Notes: generated from the letters alone by a model not told the origin. A DNA stretch of 64,000 nt from Candidatus Hydrogenedentes bacterium UBA2224 (GCA_002348185.1 DDYW01000058.1:5814-69813); one strand, 5' to 3'; positions 45,200-54,858 are shown, numbered from the stretch's first letter. Made by a program: numbers and translations.

Positions 45200-45802
45200 A
45201 TGTTGAGGTTCGAGCGTGCCCACATCGCGCCGCTGGCGGTACTGCTGTCGGCGCTGATCCCGTTCGCGGCGTATTTTGGCTACCGCAGGAACTACGAGTT
45301 TCTTTTGTACGTGGCGGTGATCGTCTTTTTCATGGCGGTGATCGCGCTGACCAACGATCGTGTACGGTATCCCCTGCCCATTCTGTGGGGTCTTGTGGCC
45401 TGGGCCGTACTGCACCTCTGCGGCGGGGGCATCCGGGTTGGCGACGGCGTGCTGTATGGGGTCATGCTGGTGCCGCTGTCCAAAACCCTTCCGATAGTGC
45501 GGTACGACCAGTTCGTACATGTCGTCGGTTTTGGCGTGGCCACGCTCGTCATGTACCACCTGCTTCGCCCGCTTCTTCGTCCGGGGACCCGCCCGGGAAC
45601 CGCGCTGTGTATTGTGGTGGCCATGGCGGGGCTGGGCGTCGGCGGTCTGAACGAGATCATTGAATTCATCGCGACCGTCCTGGTGCCCGAGACCGGCGTC
45701 GGCGGGTATCTCAACACCGCGCTCGACCTCGTCGCGGACCTCGTGGGAGCGGTCCTGGCGGTGGTCATCATCCGCCTGGGCTGGTTTTTCCCGCCGCCCT
45801 GA
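45200..45802 (+). CDS. Polytopic membrane protein (possibly DUF2238/YjdF-like)
   Basis: 200 aa, 5-6 TM segments. GLNEIIEFIATVLVPETGVGGYLNTALDLVADLVGAVLA. Family assignment tentative. Confidence 0.6.
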   Translation: MLRFERAHIAPLAVLLSALIPFAAYFGYRRNYEFLLYVAVIVFFMAVIALTNDRVRYPLPILWGLVAWAVLHLCGGGIRVGDGVLYGVMLVPLSKTLPIVRYDQFVHVVGFGVATLVMYHLLRPLLRPGTRPGTALCIVVAMAGLGVGGLNEIIEFIATVLVPETGVGGYLNTALDLVADLVGAVLAVVIIRLGWFFPPP

Positions 45803-45867
45803 CGCCCGCCCGGTAGAGCTGAGCATGGCCCGTGACACGCCAGGGCCCGCCGCCCGGCCGGGCGTGT

Positions 45868-48486
45868 CTATTCGAGAATGTCTTTGACGATGCACGTGCC
45901 TTCAGGGGTGCCATCGGACACCCACAACTCTTCCCCATGCAGGCTATCGTCGAGCACAAAGTACATGAGCTCACCGCTCGCCGTCAGGGTATGAAAGCAG
46001 GTCTTCGCGGCCTCGGCGGTCGGGAAGATATTCAGAATCGGCCCGGCCTCCGAGAGGGTCATCAGACAGAGCTCGAGCTGCCCCAGCGCTCCACGTAGGG
46101 GATGCGGCGCAATGAGGAAAACCCTGCCGGCGTCGAGCGCCGCGAGTTCCACGGGCGTCATGACGGGGTACGCGAATCCTCTCGGTTCGAGGGGACGCAA
46201 CACCACGGTGCCGCCCGCGGAGCCGTCGCTTTCGTACAACACGCGGCCCTGCTGGAGATTCTCCGCAATGAAGTAAAGCCGTTGGCCGACGGGCGTAAGG
46301 TGGGTCGGACACGAACTCGCGGGGCCGCGAAAAATGTCCGCAACCAGGGTCGCGTCACTAACCGCAGTACCGGTCTTCCAGAGTTCCGTGCCGCATTCGG
46401 GCGTGTACGCGGCGAAGTACGTGGCATCGCCCATTCTCGCCGGCTGGGTGAACGGCAGCTCGCGCCCGGGCGGAAACAGCGCGCGAACGGTCGCGGCCGG
46501 TTCCCGCAAGGTTTCAGGACCGGCTCCCCCTCCCCCACCGCGCATCGCACCGGGCCCCTGTCCTGGCAGCGTCACGAGCTGCTCGAGCTGCGCGCCGCCG
46601 GGAGATACGCCGAACAATGAAACTGAGTCCGAAGCGGTGGCGGCATAGGCGTAGACGGCGTCCTGCCAGGCAATCACGCGGTTGAACAGGAGGTCACCGG
46701 CTGAGGGCGCAACGGGCAGCGGCACGGTGCCTTCCGGGGTCCCGTCGGAAGTCCACACGCGCGTACCCGCATCGTCATTGGCCAGAAAACACACCGATCC
46801 GGCGGCAGCCACAAGTTGGCGTGGATTGGAACTCGCCGGACCCGGCCACAGGTCGGCCACCGGCTGGGTATGTTCGGCGGTGCCGTCGGTCACCCACAAT
46901 TCGCGGCCCGTTGAGGCGCCGACGGCCGAGAAGAACGCCCGATCCCCCTGTACGGCGAAGGCGGCCGGCCCCGAATCCGCGGGCCCGGCAACGAGGTCGT
47001 TCACCAATACCGTTCCTTCGGAGGTCCCGTCGGTCCGCCATAGCTCGGCACCGTGGGCGATGTCCCTCGCGCAAAACAGGAGGCATCCTTGGAACGGCGT
47101 CAGGTGCCGCGGTGACGATGACAGGGCCTTTTCCGCCGGCGGGGCAAAGATGTCGGCCACCAGGACCGGCCGGGCGGCCGCGCCGGCGCTCATCCACAGC
47201 TCCTCGCCGTGCTTGCCGTCATTGCAGGTGAAAAACAGATCATCCCCAAAGACCGTAAGGTTATCTGGACCGGAATCTCCGGGTCCGGGAATAATATCCA
47301 TGAGCACGGTCGCATCGCCCGGGGCGCCCGTTGTGTAAAAGACTTCTTCACCGAACGCCTGTGAGTCGCTGCAGAAGAAAACCTTGTCCTTGAAGCTCAC
47401 AATGGACCACACGGCGCCGGAGCCGGAGACCGGGACGATCTCGGACACCCGCCACGTTCCCGCGTCGGTACCGTTGCTTCGCCACAGTTCGATGCCGGAC
47501 GCGCCATCGGTTGCCGCGAAGTAGACCGCGTCGCCGCCCTGGGCAAAATAATGCGGATCGCTGCCTCCCTTTCCCGGGAGAATGTCTTTAACCAGGTACG
47601 TGCCCTCGGGGGAACCGTCCGTAACCCACAATTCCAGACCGTGGTCCCCGTCATCGGCCTCAAAAAACACGCGCTGCCCGGTGGAGAAGAAGTTGCGGGG
47701 ATTGGACCCCTCGAGGCCGGGCATAATGTCCGCTATCAGCGCGATGCTGTCCGGAGCGCCGTCGCAGACATAAAGCTCAAAGCCACACTCGGGATGAACC
47801 ATCGAGAATATGGCCCGATCCCCCAACGAGACAATCTCTCCAATATTGATGGTTCGTTCCAGCAGAACCACGGTGCCCTCCGCGGTACCGTCGGAAATCC
47901 AGAGCTGGTTCTGGGAGGAGAAGAGCAGGGCGCCGCTGTTGAGCGCCGCGTACGCGTTCTCGGTCCACGTGCCGGCCCGCTTTACGAGTTCCAGCGTCAG
48001 CGAGTTCAGGTTCACCGCCCACAGCGTGCACGCGGTGCCGTTGGTGCCCACAAGGGCCAGGAGACGGCCGGGCGACGGGCTGACCAGGGCCGCCGGCGAG
48101 GATTTGGGTCCCGGCGTTATGTCCGCGAGTTGCCTGGGAGGACCGCCAGCCGGCTTGAAGAACCATGGTTCGGTACCGGACGCGGACGTCGTTGCGGCGA
48201 ATATCACGTTGCCTTGCATGGCATGGAACTGCTCGGGCGAGGACGATCCCGGCCCCGGTTCGATATCGGCCACCATCCGGGGGTGATGCTGGTGGTCGAC
48301 CGCCCAGAGTTCCCGGCCATGAACGCCGTCGTCCGCCGAGAAATACAGTACGTCCTCAATCACAGTGAGCTTTTGAGGCATCGACGAAGGGCTGGAAAGT
48401 TCTGCCGCGCGGGCAGTTGTCCCGGCGATGAGCAGCCATCCCGCCCATGCAAATACCCTGCCCGCTCCGTTCCGAACAGGTCTCAT
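45868..48486 (-). CDS. Exported ELWxxDGT-repeat protein (beta-propeller-like)
   Basis: 872 aa, signal peptide. About 15 repeats of roughly 50 aa, each ending in ELW(V/R/K)(S/T)DGT(P/A/S)EGT variants (for example ELWVTDGSPEGT, ELWRTDGTSEGT, ELWVSDGTPEGT). Confidence 0.85.
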   Translation of the reverse strand: MRPVRNGAGRVFAWAGWLLIAGTTARAAELSSPSSMPQKLTVIEDVLYFSADDGVHGRELWAVDHQHHPRMVADIEPGPGSSSPEQFHAMQGNVIFAATTSASGTEPWFFKPAGGPPRQLADITPGPKSSPAALVSPSPGRLLALVGTNGTACTLWAVNLNSLTLELVKRAGTWTENAYAALNSGALLFSSQNQLWISDGTAEGTVVLLERTINIGEIVSLGDRAIFSMVHPECGFELYVCDGAPDSIALIADIMPGLEGSNPRNFFSTGQRVFFEADDGDHGLELWVTDGSPEGTYLVKDILPGKGGSDPHYFAQGGDAVYFAATDGASGIELWRSNGTDAGTWRVSEIVPVSGSGAVWSIVSFKDKVFFCSDSQAFGEEVFYTTGAPGDATVLMDIIPGPGDSGPDNLTVFGDDLFFTCNDGKHGEELWMSAGAAARPVLVADIFAPPAEKALSSSPRHLTPFQGCLLFCARDIAHGAELWRTDGTSEGTVLVNDLVAGPADSGPAAFAVQGDRAFFSAVGASTGRELWVTDGTAEHTQPVADLWPGPASSNPRQLVAAAGSVCFLANDDAGTRVWTSDGTPEGTVPLPVAPSAGDLLFNRVIAWQDAVYAYAATASDSVSLFGVSPGGAQLEQLVTLPGQGPGAMRGGGGGAGPETLREPAATVRALFPPGRELPFTQPARMGDATYFAAYTPECGTELWKTGTAVSDATLVADIFRGPASSCPTHLTPVGQRLYFIAENLQQGRVLYESDGSAGGTVVLRPLEPRGFAYPVMTPVELAALDAGRVFLIAPHPLRGALGQLELCLMTLSEAGPILNIFPTAEAAKTCFHTLTASGELMYFVLDDSLHGEELWVSDGTPEGTCIVKDILE

Positions 48487-48492
48487 GGTGAT

Positions 48493-50691
48493 TCACCCCG
48501 CGCTTTCGGTTCCAAACACCAGGATGACTCCCTGGCCGGAATTGGCCGCATTGGCCGCATCCGCTGCGGAACCGAGCAACCGCCAACGGTCCCCGGGTTT
48601 CGGAGGCGCGGGATAACCGAGATTGGCGAAGGGAATGAAGACCTCCGTCTGCACCACGCCATCGGAAACGGCGAGCCCGGTCTCCCATTCACACTGCCAG
48701 GCAACAGAACGCCCCGACGTCTCCGCGCGGCTGGCCCGAATCCCATCATTTCTATACAGAACGGACCACCGGGTCGAATACGACGCAGGGACTTCAAACC
48801 GTGTCAGCACCGTGAGCACCAGTTCCGGATCGGCTTCCGGCAGACCCATGCGCGCGCCCACGTACAGGCCCCGGGAATCGTACAGACACCACAACCGGTT
48901 TCTGTCGCCCCGGCTTGTCCGGTCGAAACCGGGGTTCAGACTCGACGACTTCCAGATGGCCTCGTCGAGGGTGCCGTCCATTGCGATCGGCCCGGCGCCT
49001 TCAGACAGGCGGAAGGCCGTCAGCTGCGGCGCGAGGCGCGCGAGGAACGCCGTTTCCACCTCCTCCCCCCATTCCAGCCCGCGCGGCAGAATCTCGTTGT
49101 ATAGAAGAGGTAAAGCGAAATCGGCCGACGCGAAACCGTCCAGGAAGTCCGTATCGGAGACGGTGCCTTTGGTCTTTCTGCAGATGAACGCCCCCGATTT
49201 GCGGACTCCGTCGAGGAGGTTGTTGAATTCCAGGGCGAGGCTGAGCTCTTCATTGGGGACGATCCATCGGCCGGTGCCGGTCACGTCGCCCTGCTGAAAC
49301 ACCGAGGCGGCCCGATCGGTGTAGCCTGCCCAGTGGCCTTCGATGTGCAGCGTCTCCGGGTTCTGCGTGGAAAGCTCCAGCGCCCAGATGCGGGTGCCCT
49401 CATAGGCCAGGGCCGTCCATTGCCGGGTGTTCTCGGGAGCCAGCAGGAGCATGTGCCGGGGCCAAACTTCTCCGGAAGCCGGTTCCACGGTATCAAACAC
49501 GATCGAGGGCGTTGTGTCGAAAGGCAACATGGACTGGGCAGGCGTCCCCGCGCCCTCGCCGGGCCGCGCGCCGGTTCGGGCCTGCAGGGCCACTGCGAGC
49601 ACGAGAATGATGAGACCGGCCGCCAGCGCAGCCACCGCCGCCACGGCCCAGGACACGCGCCTGCGCGGACGCTGCGGCGCGATCTCGGGCGGCTGGGGCA
49701 CTCTCGGCAACACGCGCTGCACCACGGTAGCAACGCTGTCGAATCCCCCCGACTTCCATTCCGGCGCCGTGCCGAGCAGCGCCGCCGCCGCGGCCGCATC
49801 GGGAGGCCGGTTTTCCGGGTCGCGCTCCAGCATACAGGCGACCGCCCCGCTGAATTCCTCCGAAATGTCCTCGGCCACCTCGACAAGCGGGGGGATTCTC
49901 CGCTCCAGAATCTGTTTTACGAGGCCCATGGGCGTCTGGGCGTCGTACGGCAGCCGGGGCGCGAAAGCCTCGTACAACACCATGCCCACGGAGTACACGT
50001 CCCACGACGGGGTGGCCTCCTCGCCGTCCCACGATTCGGGCGGAGCGTAGCGCGGCGTCCCGACGAAGAGACCCGACGTGGAGGTCATCGCCAGACTCGC
50101 GGATTGTTGTTCCGCCAGGATCTTCGCCAACCCGAAATCGGACAGCAGCGGCGTGCCGTCATTGCGGATAAGAATGTTGCTCGGCTTGACGTCGCGGTGA
50201 ACGAGCCCCCGGCCATGGCAACACGCCAGCGCGGACAGCACCCCGCGGACCGATTCCAGCGTCTGCGGCCGTTTCGCGGTCTCGACCGCCAGGGCGTCGC
50301 ACAGCGACCCTCCATCAATGTACGGCATGTCAATGGCCAGGGTATCGTCCATTTTTTCGAGGGAGTGAATAGGCACGATGTTGGGGTGCTGGAAATCCGC
50401 GATGGCGCGCGCTTCCTGCCGGAAACGTTTCTCGAGCTGGACGTCCTCCGTGATGCTCCGGTCCAGAACCTTCAAGGCAATCCGGCGCCCCAAAATGGTA
50501 TCTTCCGCCAGATAAACGACGCCCATCCCCCCGCGTCCGACGACGGAGAGAATCCGGTATTTCCCGAACGATGTGCCTGCTTGAAGCACTGCCGCGCTCC
50601 GCTCCGTGTTGTCTGTCCGGACACCACGCGACCCCTCTGCCGGGTTCATCGTATCAGCCGGGCAGCCCGTGCGGCAATGTTCTTCCAGCAC
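48493..50691 (-). CDS. Transmembrane Ser/Thr protein kinase with CBM9/DOMON-like extracellular domains
   Basis: 732 aa. Hanks kinase motifs GRGGMGVVYLA, ALKVL, HRDVKPSNIL, SDFGLAK, APPE. TM VSWAVAAVAALAAGLIILVLAVAL. Ectodomain with DGTLDEAIW-type motif. Its stop is 6 nt before the ELWxxDGT gene start. Confidence 0.85.
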   Translation of the reverse strand: MLEEHCRTGCPADTMNPAEGSRGVRTDNTERSAAVLQAGTSFGKYRILSVVGRGGMGVVYLAEDTILGRRIALKVLDRSITEDVQLEKRFRQEARAIADFQHPNIVPIHSLEKMDDTLAIDMPYIDGGSLCDALAVETAKRPQTLESVRGVLSALACCHGRGLVHRDVKPSNILIRNDGTPLLSDFGLAKILAEQQSASLAMTSTSGLFVGTPRYAPPESWDGEEATPSWDVYSVGMVLYEAFAPRLPYDAQTPMGLVKQILERRIPPLVEVAEDISEEFSGAVACMLERDPENRPPDAAAAAALLGTAPEWKSGGFDSVATVVQRVLPRVPQPPEIAPQRPRRRVSWAVAAVAALAAGLIILVLAVALQARTGARPGEGAGTPAQSMLPFDTTPSIVFDTVEPASGEVWPRHMLLLAPENTRQWTALAYEGTRIWALELSTQNPETLHIEGHWAGYTDRAASVFQQGDVTGTGRWIVPNEELSLALEFNNLLDGVRKSGAFICRKTKGTVSDTDFLDGFASADFALPLLYNEILPRGLEWGEEVETAFLARLAPQLTAFRLSEGAGPIAMDGTLDEAIWKSSSLNPGFDRTSRGDRNRLWCLYDSRGLYVGARMGLPEADPELVLTVLTRFEVPASYSTRWSVLYRNDGIRASRAETSGRSVAWQCEWETGLAVSDGVVQTEVFIPFANLGYPAPPKPGDRWRLLGSAADAANAANSGQGVILVFGTESAG

Positions 50692-50754
50692 CTGAACCGC
50701 CGGGGCCTGCGCAGAGAAGCGCTGCCGCCGACGAGAGCGTTCAAGACGCCGCCG

Positions 50755-50789
50755 GTGGACTTCGTGGACTTCAGGTGGACGCGGTGGAC
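50755..50789 (+). repeat. Mini-array of four phased GTGGAC units
   Basis: GTGGAC at 50755, 50764, 50775 and 50784 (spacing 9, 11, 9 bp). Located 64-98 bp upstream of the kinase start codon at 50691. Confidence 0.6.
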
Positions 50790-50805
50790 GGCCCCGCCGT
50801 CACGA

Positions 50806-50857
50806 GCCCCGCAGGGGCAGTACTTGCGATGGCTTGTTCAACCCCGTTCGGGGTTGA
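50806..50857. repeat. GC-rich hairpins of the dispersed family
   Basis: GCCCC-gca-GGGGC (50806-50818) and TCAACCCC-gttc-GGGGTTGA (50838-50857). The second shares TGTTCAACCCC...GGGGTT with the hairpin at 63985-64000. Confidence 0.65.
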
Positions 50858-50923
50858 CGCATTGGGCTGCGCAATGTCGCGACGGCGTTACGGGCAAACG
50901 GCCCAGCGTCACGCGGATCAGGC

Positions 50924-52357
50924 TCAACCTTCCTCGAGCACCTCCAAGCCCATGAGCTTGGCCAGATGCCGCGCATCGTCCATGTGATCGCCATAGAGGA
51001 CGACGCGGTGCAGCAGCGTCATGGCGTCTTCGGTTTCGAGCGCGCTGCTCCAGTTCGCCGCCATCTTCGCCGCATCGCGGACTTCCGTGACGATCTGCGT
51101 GCGGCAGCCGTGAACGGAGCGTTCGGGAACTTCGACGATCTTCCCTGTGGATGCGAGGAGCGTCGACAGATTGACGAATTTGGTCCGGGTGATGACTTCG
51201 CCGACGCGGTACTGCACTTCGGGGACGCAGCCGCTGCCTCCCACCTCGGAATGTCCGCGCAGCAGATAGGGCGCGGCCTCGCCGTTCGGGCCGTCCATCT
51301 TGAGCGGGGCGGTGCAGTGAGCGGTCCACAAGACATTGCGCGACGTGTCAAACGTCGCGTTGCCCTGGAAGCCCGGCTGGTCGAGCGCATACTGAAACAG
51401 GAGCATGGTCAGCAGCGAGTCCATGTCGCCCTCACAGGCCGCGGGAATGCCGCGGTCGCGCAGGCGCGTAAAGCCCAGACAGGGGAAGCCGCGGGGCAGC
51501 CAGCCCATACACGTGCCGATCGCCAGAGCGTCGGCCTGTTCCTGTGCGATGAGGCGATCCAGCGCAACACTGACGCGCGCGGCTTTCTCGATGTCCTCGC
51601 GGGTGGGCTCGATGATCTCCTTGGCGCCTTTGGTCCAGGCCTCGCACTCGGCGCGCACCGCCGCTTCGTCCGCCGCGGTAATCAGCTCGTCGAACACCTT
51701 CTCCTCGACCGCGACCACGTCGGCGCCTAACTTTGCCTTGACCTCTTCGGGGGTGCAGGCAGCCTGGGTGCCCCGCGCGGGCGGGAACAACAGAATGCGG
51801 CTTCGCCGCATCATGGGCGGCACACGGAGCAGGCGCAGCGCGCGCTCCACCTCGTTGTAATCGCTGGTGGGCATCAGCGCCACACGGTGCCCGGCACGGT
51901 GCCAGCGGGGCGCATACATCCAGTCATGGCCGCTCGCCGGCAGCGAAAACACCACCATGGGCCGGCCCGACTCGAGCACCGGAGTGACCACGCCCGTCAG
52001 GGCAAAATTCTGCACGTTGATGGCCAGCACCGGGGCGTCCGGTCCCGCGCTTTCCAGCAGCGCCTGCGTCTCTTCCGGGCTGCGGGACTGACCCATGACC
52101 AGCTCGATGTTCCCCAGGTTTTTCTCGGCCTCGGCCAGGCGCGCTTTGACGGCGTCGATCTGCCCGGTGTCGGCGCCCCAGTTGCGGTCATCCGGCTGCG
52201 GCTCCCCGGAAAAGAGCACGCAAATGCGGGTTTTTCCACGCGGCCCCGCGGGCGCCGCCTCTGAAGCCCAGGCATGCGTCCAGGTTGCTCCGGCCAGGAG
52301 CAATCCGCCGGCCGCCCCCATTCCAAAGAACTCCCGTCGCGTACAGTGCTCACACAT
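50924..52357 (-). CDS. Tat-signal protein with L-fucose/L-arabinose isomerase-like fold
   Basis: 477 aa. N terminus MCEHCTRREFFGMGAAGGLLLAGATWTHAWA (twin-arginine motif, AxA site). IPAACEGDMDSLLTMLLFQ resembles the IPxACExD motif of COG2407-type sugar isomerases. Confidence 0.6.
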   Translation of the reverse strand: MCEHCTRREFFGMGAAGGLLLAGATWTHAWASEAAPAGPRGKTRICVLFSGEPQPDDRNWGADTGQIDAVKARLAEAEKNLGNIELVMGQSRSPEETQALLESAGPDAPVLAINVQNFALTGVVTPVLESGRPMVVFSLPASGHDWMYAPRWHRAGHRVALMPTSDYNEVERALRLLRVPPMMRRSRILLFPPARGTQAACTPEEVKAKLGADVVAVEEKVFDELITAADEAAVRAECEAWTKGAKEIIEPTREDIEKAARVSVALDRLIAQEQADALAIGTCMGWLPRGFPCLGFTRLRDRGIPAACEGDMDSLLTMLLFQYALDQPGFQGNATFDTSRNVLWTAHCTAPLKMDGPNGEAAPYLLRGHSEVGGSGCVPEVQYRVGEVITRTKFVNLSTLLASTGKIVEVPERSVHGCRTQIVTEVRDAAKMAANWSSALETEDAMTLLHRVVLYGDHMDDARHLAKLMGLEVLEEG

Positions 52358-52581
52358 CGCCGACTCCTTTCCCCATCCGGGGCATGGCCTCGTGTTTTCC
52401 GTGATTGAATCGTGCGCCCGGGTCCGGGGCGCCTCCAGGGAGCGTGCTGGCGTTGTACTGCCTCACCCCGTGCCACCGCAACCGCAACTTGGAGTGTGCC
52501 GTCCCCCTCCGCGCGCGCACAATCAGGATAGTCCAGCCCGGCCATACGGATCAATGGCCGGGGCGCAGGGCAATGAACGGT

Positions 52582-52663
52582 CAGGCGAGACGCCTGGGAT
52601 CGCCGAGCGCCAGCTTGGCATTCCTATTCCCAAAAAGAGCAGGCGAGACGCCCGCGCTACAAA
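52582..52663. repeat. Two copies of the CAGGCGAGACG element
   Basis: CAGGCGAGACGCCTG (52582-52596, perfect hairpin) and GCAGGCGAGACGCCCGCGCTACAAA (52639-52663). A third copy, GCAGGCGAGACGTGTGCGCTACAAG, is at 39128-39152. Confidence 0.7.
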
Positions 52664-53577
52664 TCCGGGTACCGCGCCTTGCGGTACTCCTGGGTGAACG
52701 CAGGGCCGTCATAGGCGTCGTCATCGTCGAGGTCGGCCAACGACACGTCGGCATCCCCGTGAAGCCAGGAACGCCGCGCGGCCAGGGCGCAGAGCTCGGG
52801 TTCAAAGAGCGCGTCAACGCCCACGGGGGCCGTGGGGGTTTCGCCCGCCAGGTATGGGAGCACGGCCTCGAGCAAGGCCGTGTACAGCCGCCCGGAATCG
52901 GCCTGGTACTGGGTGATGGCTCGCCCGGTGACGATGGCGGCGTAAAACGGGAGCCAGGTCTCCGCCTTTCCGATGACGAGAAACCCCTTTGCGCCGTTGT
53001 TCCAGGTGACTTCAATGCGCCGCTGCACGCCCGCGCCCAGATGCCGGACGCGCGCGATCCCCGGCCCGAGAATGCCAGAGAGCATCGCATACGCGTGAAT
53101 GCCGTAGTTGAACTCGTCCACCCCGCATCCGCAGAACACGGTATGCGGCACGCCGCGTTCGGACTCCGGCTGCCCGAGCCAATCGCGGGTTTCGTAACAG
53201 AACCGCAGCGAAGAGCCGCCCGTAATTCGCGCGCCCTGCCGGATCCAGGTCTTCAACTGGTGGATATGGCTGAGGCGTCCCGCCATCGGTTTATCGATGA
53301 GGACGGCCTTGCCCGCCTGGACAAAGGGCCGCGCCTTGTCCACGTGGGTGTCCCAGTCGCAACCATGAATAATGGCGCAATCGACCTCCCCCGCCATCTC
53401 CTCCAGCGACTCGAACAGACGCGGGATGCCGTGGTCCGCGGCGAATTGCCGGACATACTCCGGGGGATGCACGGAACCGCCGTCCCACAGGCCGGCCACT
53501 TCGTGGCCCAGGGCCCGTTCGATGGGAATCCAGTTCTGGGGATGCGAGGTGTCGATATCCACGACGCCGATCTTCAT
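52657..53577 (-). CDS. Gfo/Idh/MocA-like oxidoreductase (divergent dinucleotide site)
   Basis: Track ORF to 54093; start ATG 53577 (MKIGVVDIDTSHP) after AAGGGAGAA. AVLIDKPMA corresponds to the EKP motif. The canonical GxGxxG is absent. Confidence 0.55.
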   Translation of the reverse strand: MKIGVVDIDTSHPQNWIPIERALGHEVAGLWDGGSVHPPEYVRQFAADHGIPRLFESLEEMAGEVDCAIIHGCDWDTHVDKARPFVQAGKAVLIDKPMAGRLSHIHQLKTWIRQGARITGGSSLRFCYETRDWLGQPESERGVPHTVFCGCGVDEFNYGIHAYAMLSGILGPGIARVRHLGAGVQRRIEVTWNNGAKGFLVIGKAETWLPFYAAIVTGRAITQYQADSGRLYTALLEAVLPYLAGETPTAPVGVDALFEPELCALAARRSWLHGDADVSLADLDDDDAYDGPAFTQEYRKARYPDL

Positions 53578-53594
53578 ACCGTGTTCTCCCTTGC

Positions 53595-54842
53595 CTACAC
53601 GCGGTTCTTGTCGGCGACTTCGCGCACGATGGCGGCGGCCAGCTCGCAGTGTTCCGGCTGGTACTTCTCGCAGAACGTCGACCAGCGGATGAATGTGTCC
53701 AGAAACGCCACCGCGTTGGGATACTGCTCGATGGCGTAGCTGTACGCCCGTGACGCCGGAGGCATTGAATAGGGATAAACCTTCGCCCCGGCGTTGCGCG
53801 CAAGATACGTCACCGCTTCCGGCATAAGATAGTAGCGGCCCATGCCCGCGCCGGGAATACCCGCATCCGCAAGCTGTGCCGCGAATTCTTCGGTGCTGCA
53901 CGCAAACGCCGCGGGCTCGATGTTGAACCCCGCCATCCAGCACGAATACACGGTGTTGTCGTTGGGGATGCGCAGGGGGGTTATGCCCGGCATGTCGCCC
54001 AGCAGCCCGTACAGCATCCGGATGATCCGGTCGCGGTGGGCCACCTGCTCCCGGATGATCTCGAGCTGGGCGAGACAGAGTGCCGCCGTGCACTGCGGCA
54101 TGCGGTAGGCGTAGCCTGCGTCCGCGTGCAGGCGCCCGTAGTGCGGTTTCATCACCGCGCCGCGGCTTTGTCCCAGGTAGCGGGCCTGTTCCGCGAGCGC
54201 ATCGTCGTTCGTGACCATGCAGCCGCCGATGTCCGAGCCCATGGTCTTCTCCGCGTCAAACGAAAACCCCGCGACGTGGCCCAACGTACCCGCGAAACGG
54301 CCCCGATACTCGCCGAACACCGCCTGGCAGGCGTCTTCGATGACCAGCAGCCCATGCCGGGCGGCCAGGGCGTTGATGCCGTCCATGTCGTTGATGAGGC
54401 CCGTCATGTGGACGCACAAGATCCCCCGCGTGCGGTCCGTGATGCAGGACTCGATAGTCTCCGGCGAGAAATTGATGCTCCCCGGCGCGGTGTCCGGGAA
54501 CACCGGGATAATATTCTGCGCGACAAACCCGTGGAGCGTGCCGTAGTCCGTGACGGGGCTGACGATGATCTCGTCGCCGGGGGCCCAGCCGCATGCCAGC
54601 GCGAGAACATGCAGGGCGGGCGTGCAGCCCGGGGTGGCGATGCAGTGCTTGACGCCCAGCGCCTCGGCAAACTCCCGTTCGAAACGCCCCGTCATGTCGG
54701 CCGTCAATCCCGAGTCCGCCACTTCCTGCAGGTAGGCCATCGCGTTCGGGCCCAGGATTCGCGGGAAACTCACGGGCAGTTTGCCGCGTTCATCGAGATG
54801 CGCCTGCGCGCCCCATTGGGCGCGTTTGGGTGTGTCGCTCAC
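53595..54842 (-). CDS. DegT/DnrJ/EryC1/StrS-family PLP aminotransferase
   Basis: Track ORF to 54956. I prefer GTG 54842 (VSDTPKRAQW) because GGAAGGAG lies 8 nt upstream. GDEIIVSPVTDYGT, LLVIEDACQAVG-like LLVIEDACQAVFG, and FSFDAEKTM (PLP lysine). Confidence 0.8.
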   Translation of the reverse strand: MSDTPKRAQWGAQAHLDERGKLPVSFPRILGPNAMAYLQEVADSGLTADMTGRFEREFAEALGVKHCIATPGCTPALHVLALACGWAPGDEIIVSPVTDYGTLHGFVAQNIIPVFPDTAPGSINFSPETIESCITDRTRGILCVHMTGLINDMDGINALAARHGLLVIEDACQAVFGEYRGRFAGTLGHVAGFSFDAEKTMGSDIGGCMVTNDDALAEQARYLGQSRGAVMKPHYGRLHADAGYAYRMPQCTAALCLAQLEIIREQVAHRDRIIRMLYGLLGDMPGITPLRIPNDNTVYSCWMAGFNIEPAAFACSTEEFAAQLADAGIPGAGMGRYYLMPEAVTYLARNAGAKVYPYSMPPASRAYSYAIEQYPNAVAFLDTFIRWSTFCEKYQPEHCELAAAIVREVADKNRV

Positions 54843-54858
54843 GTTGCTCGCTCCTTCC

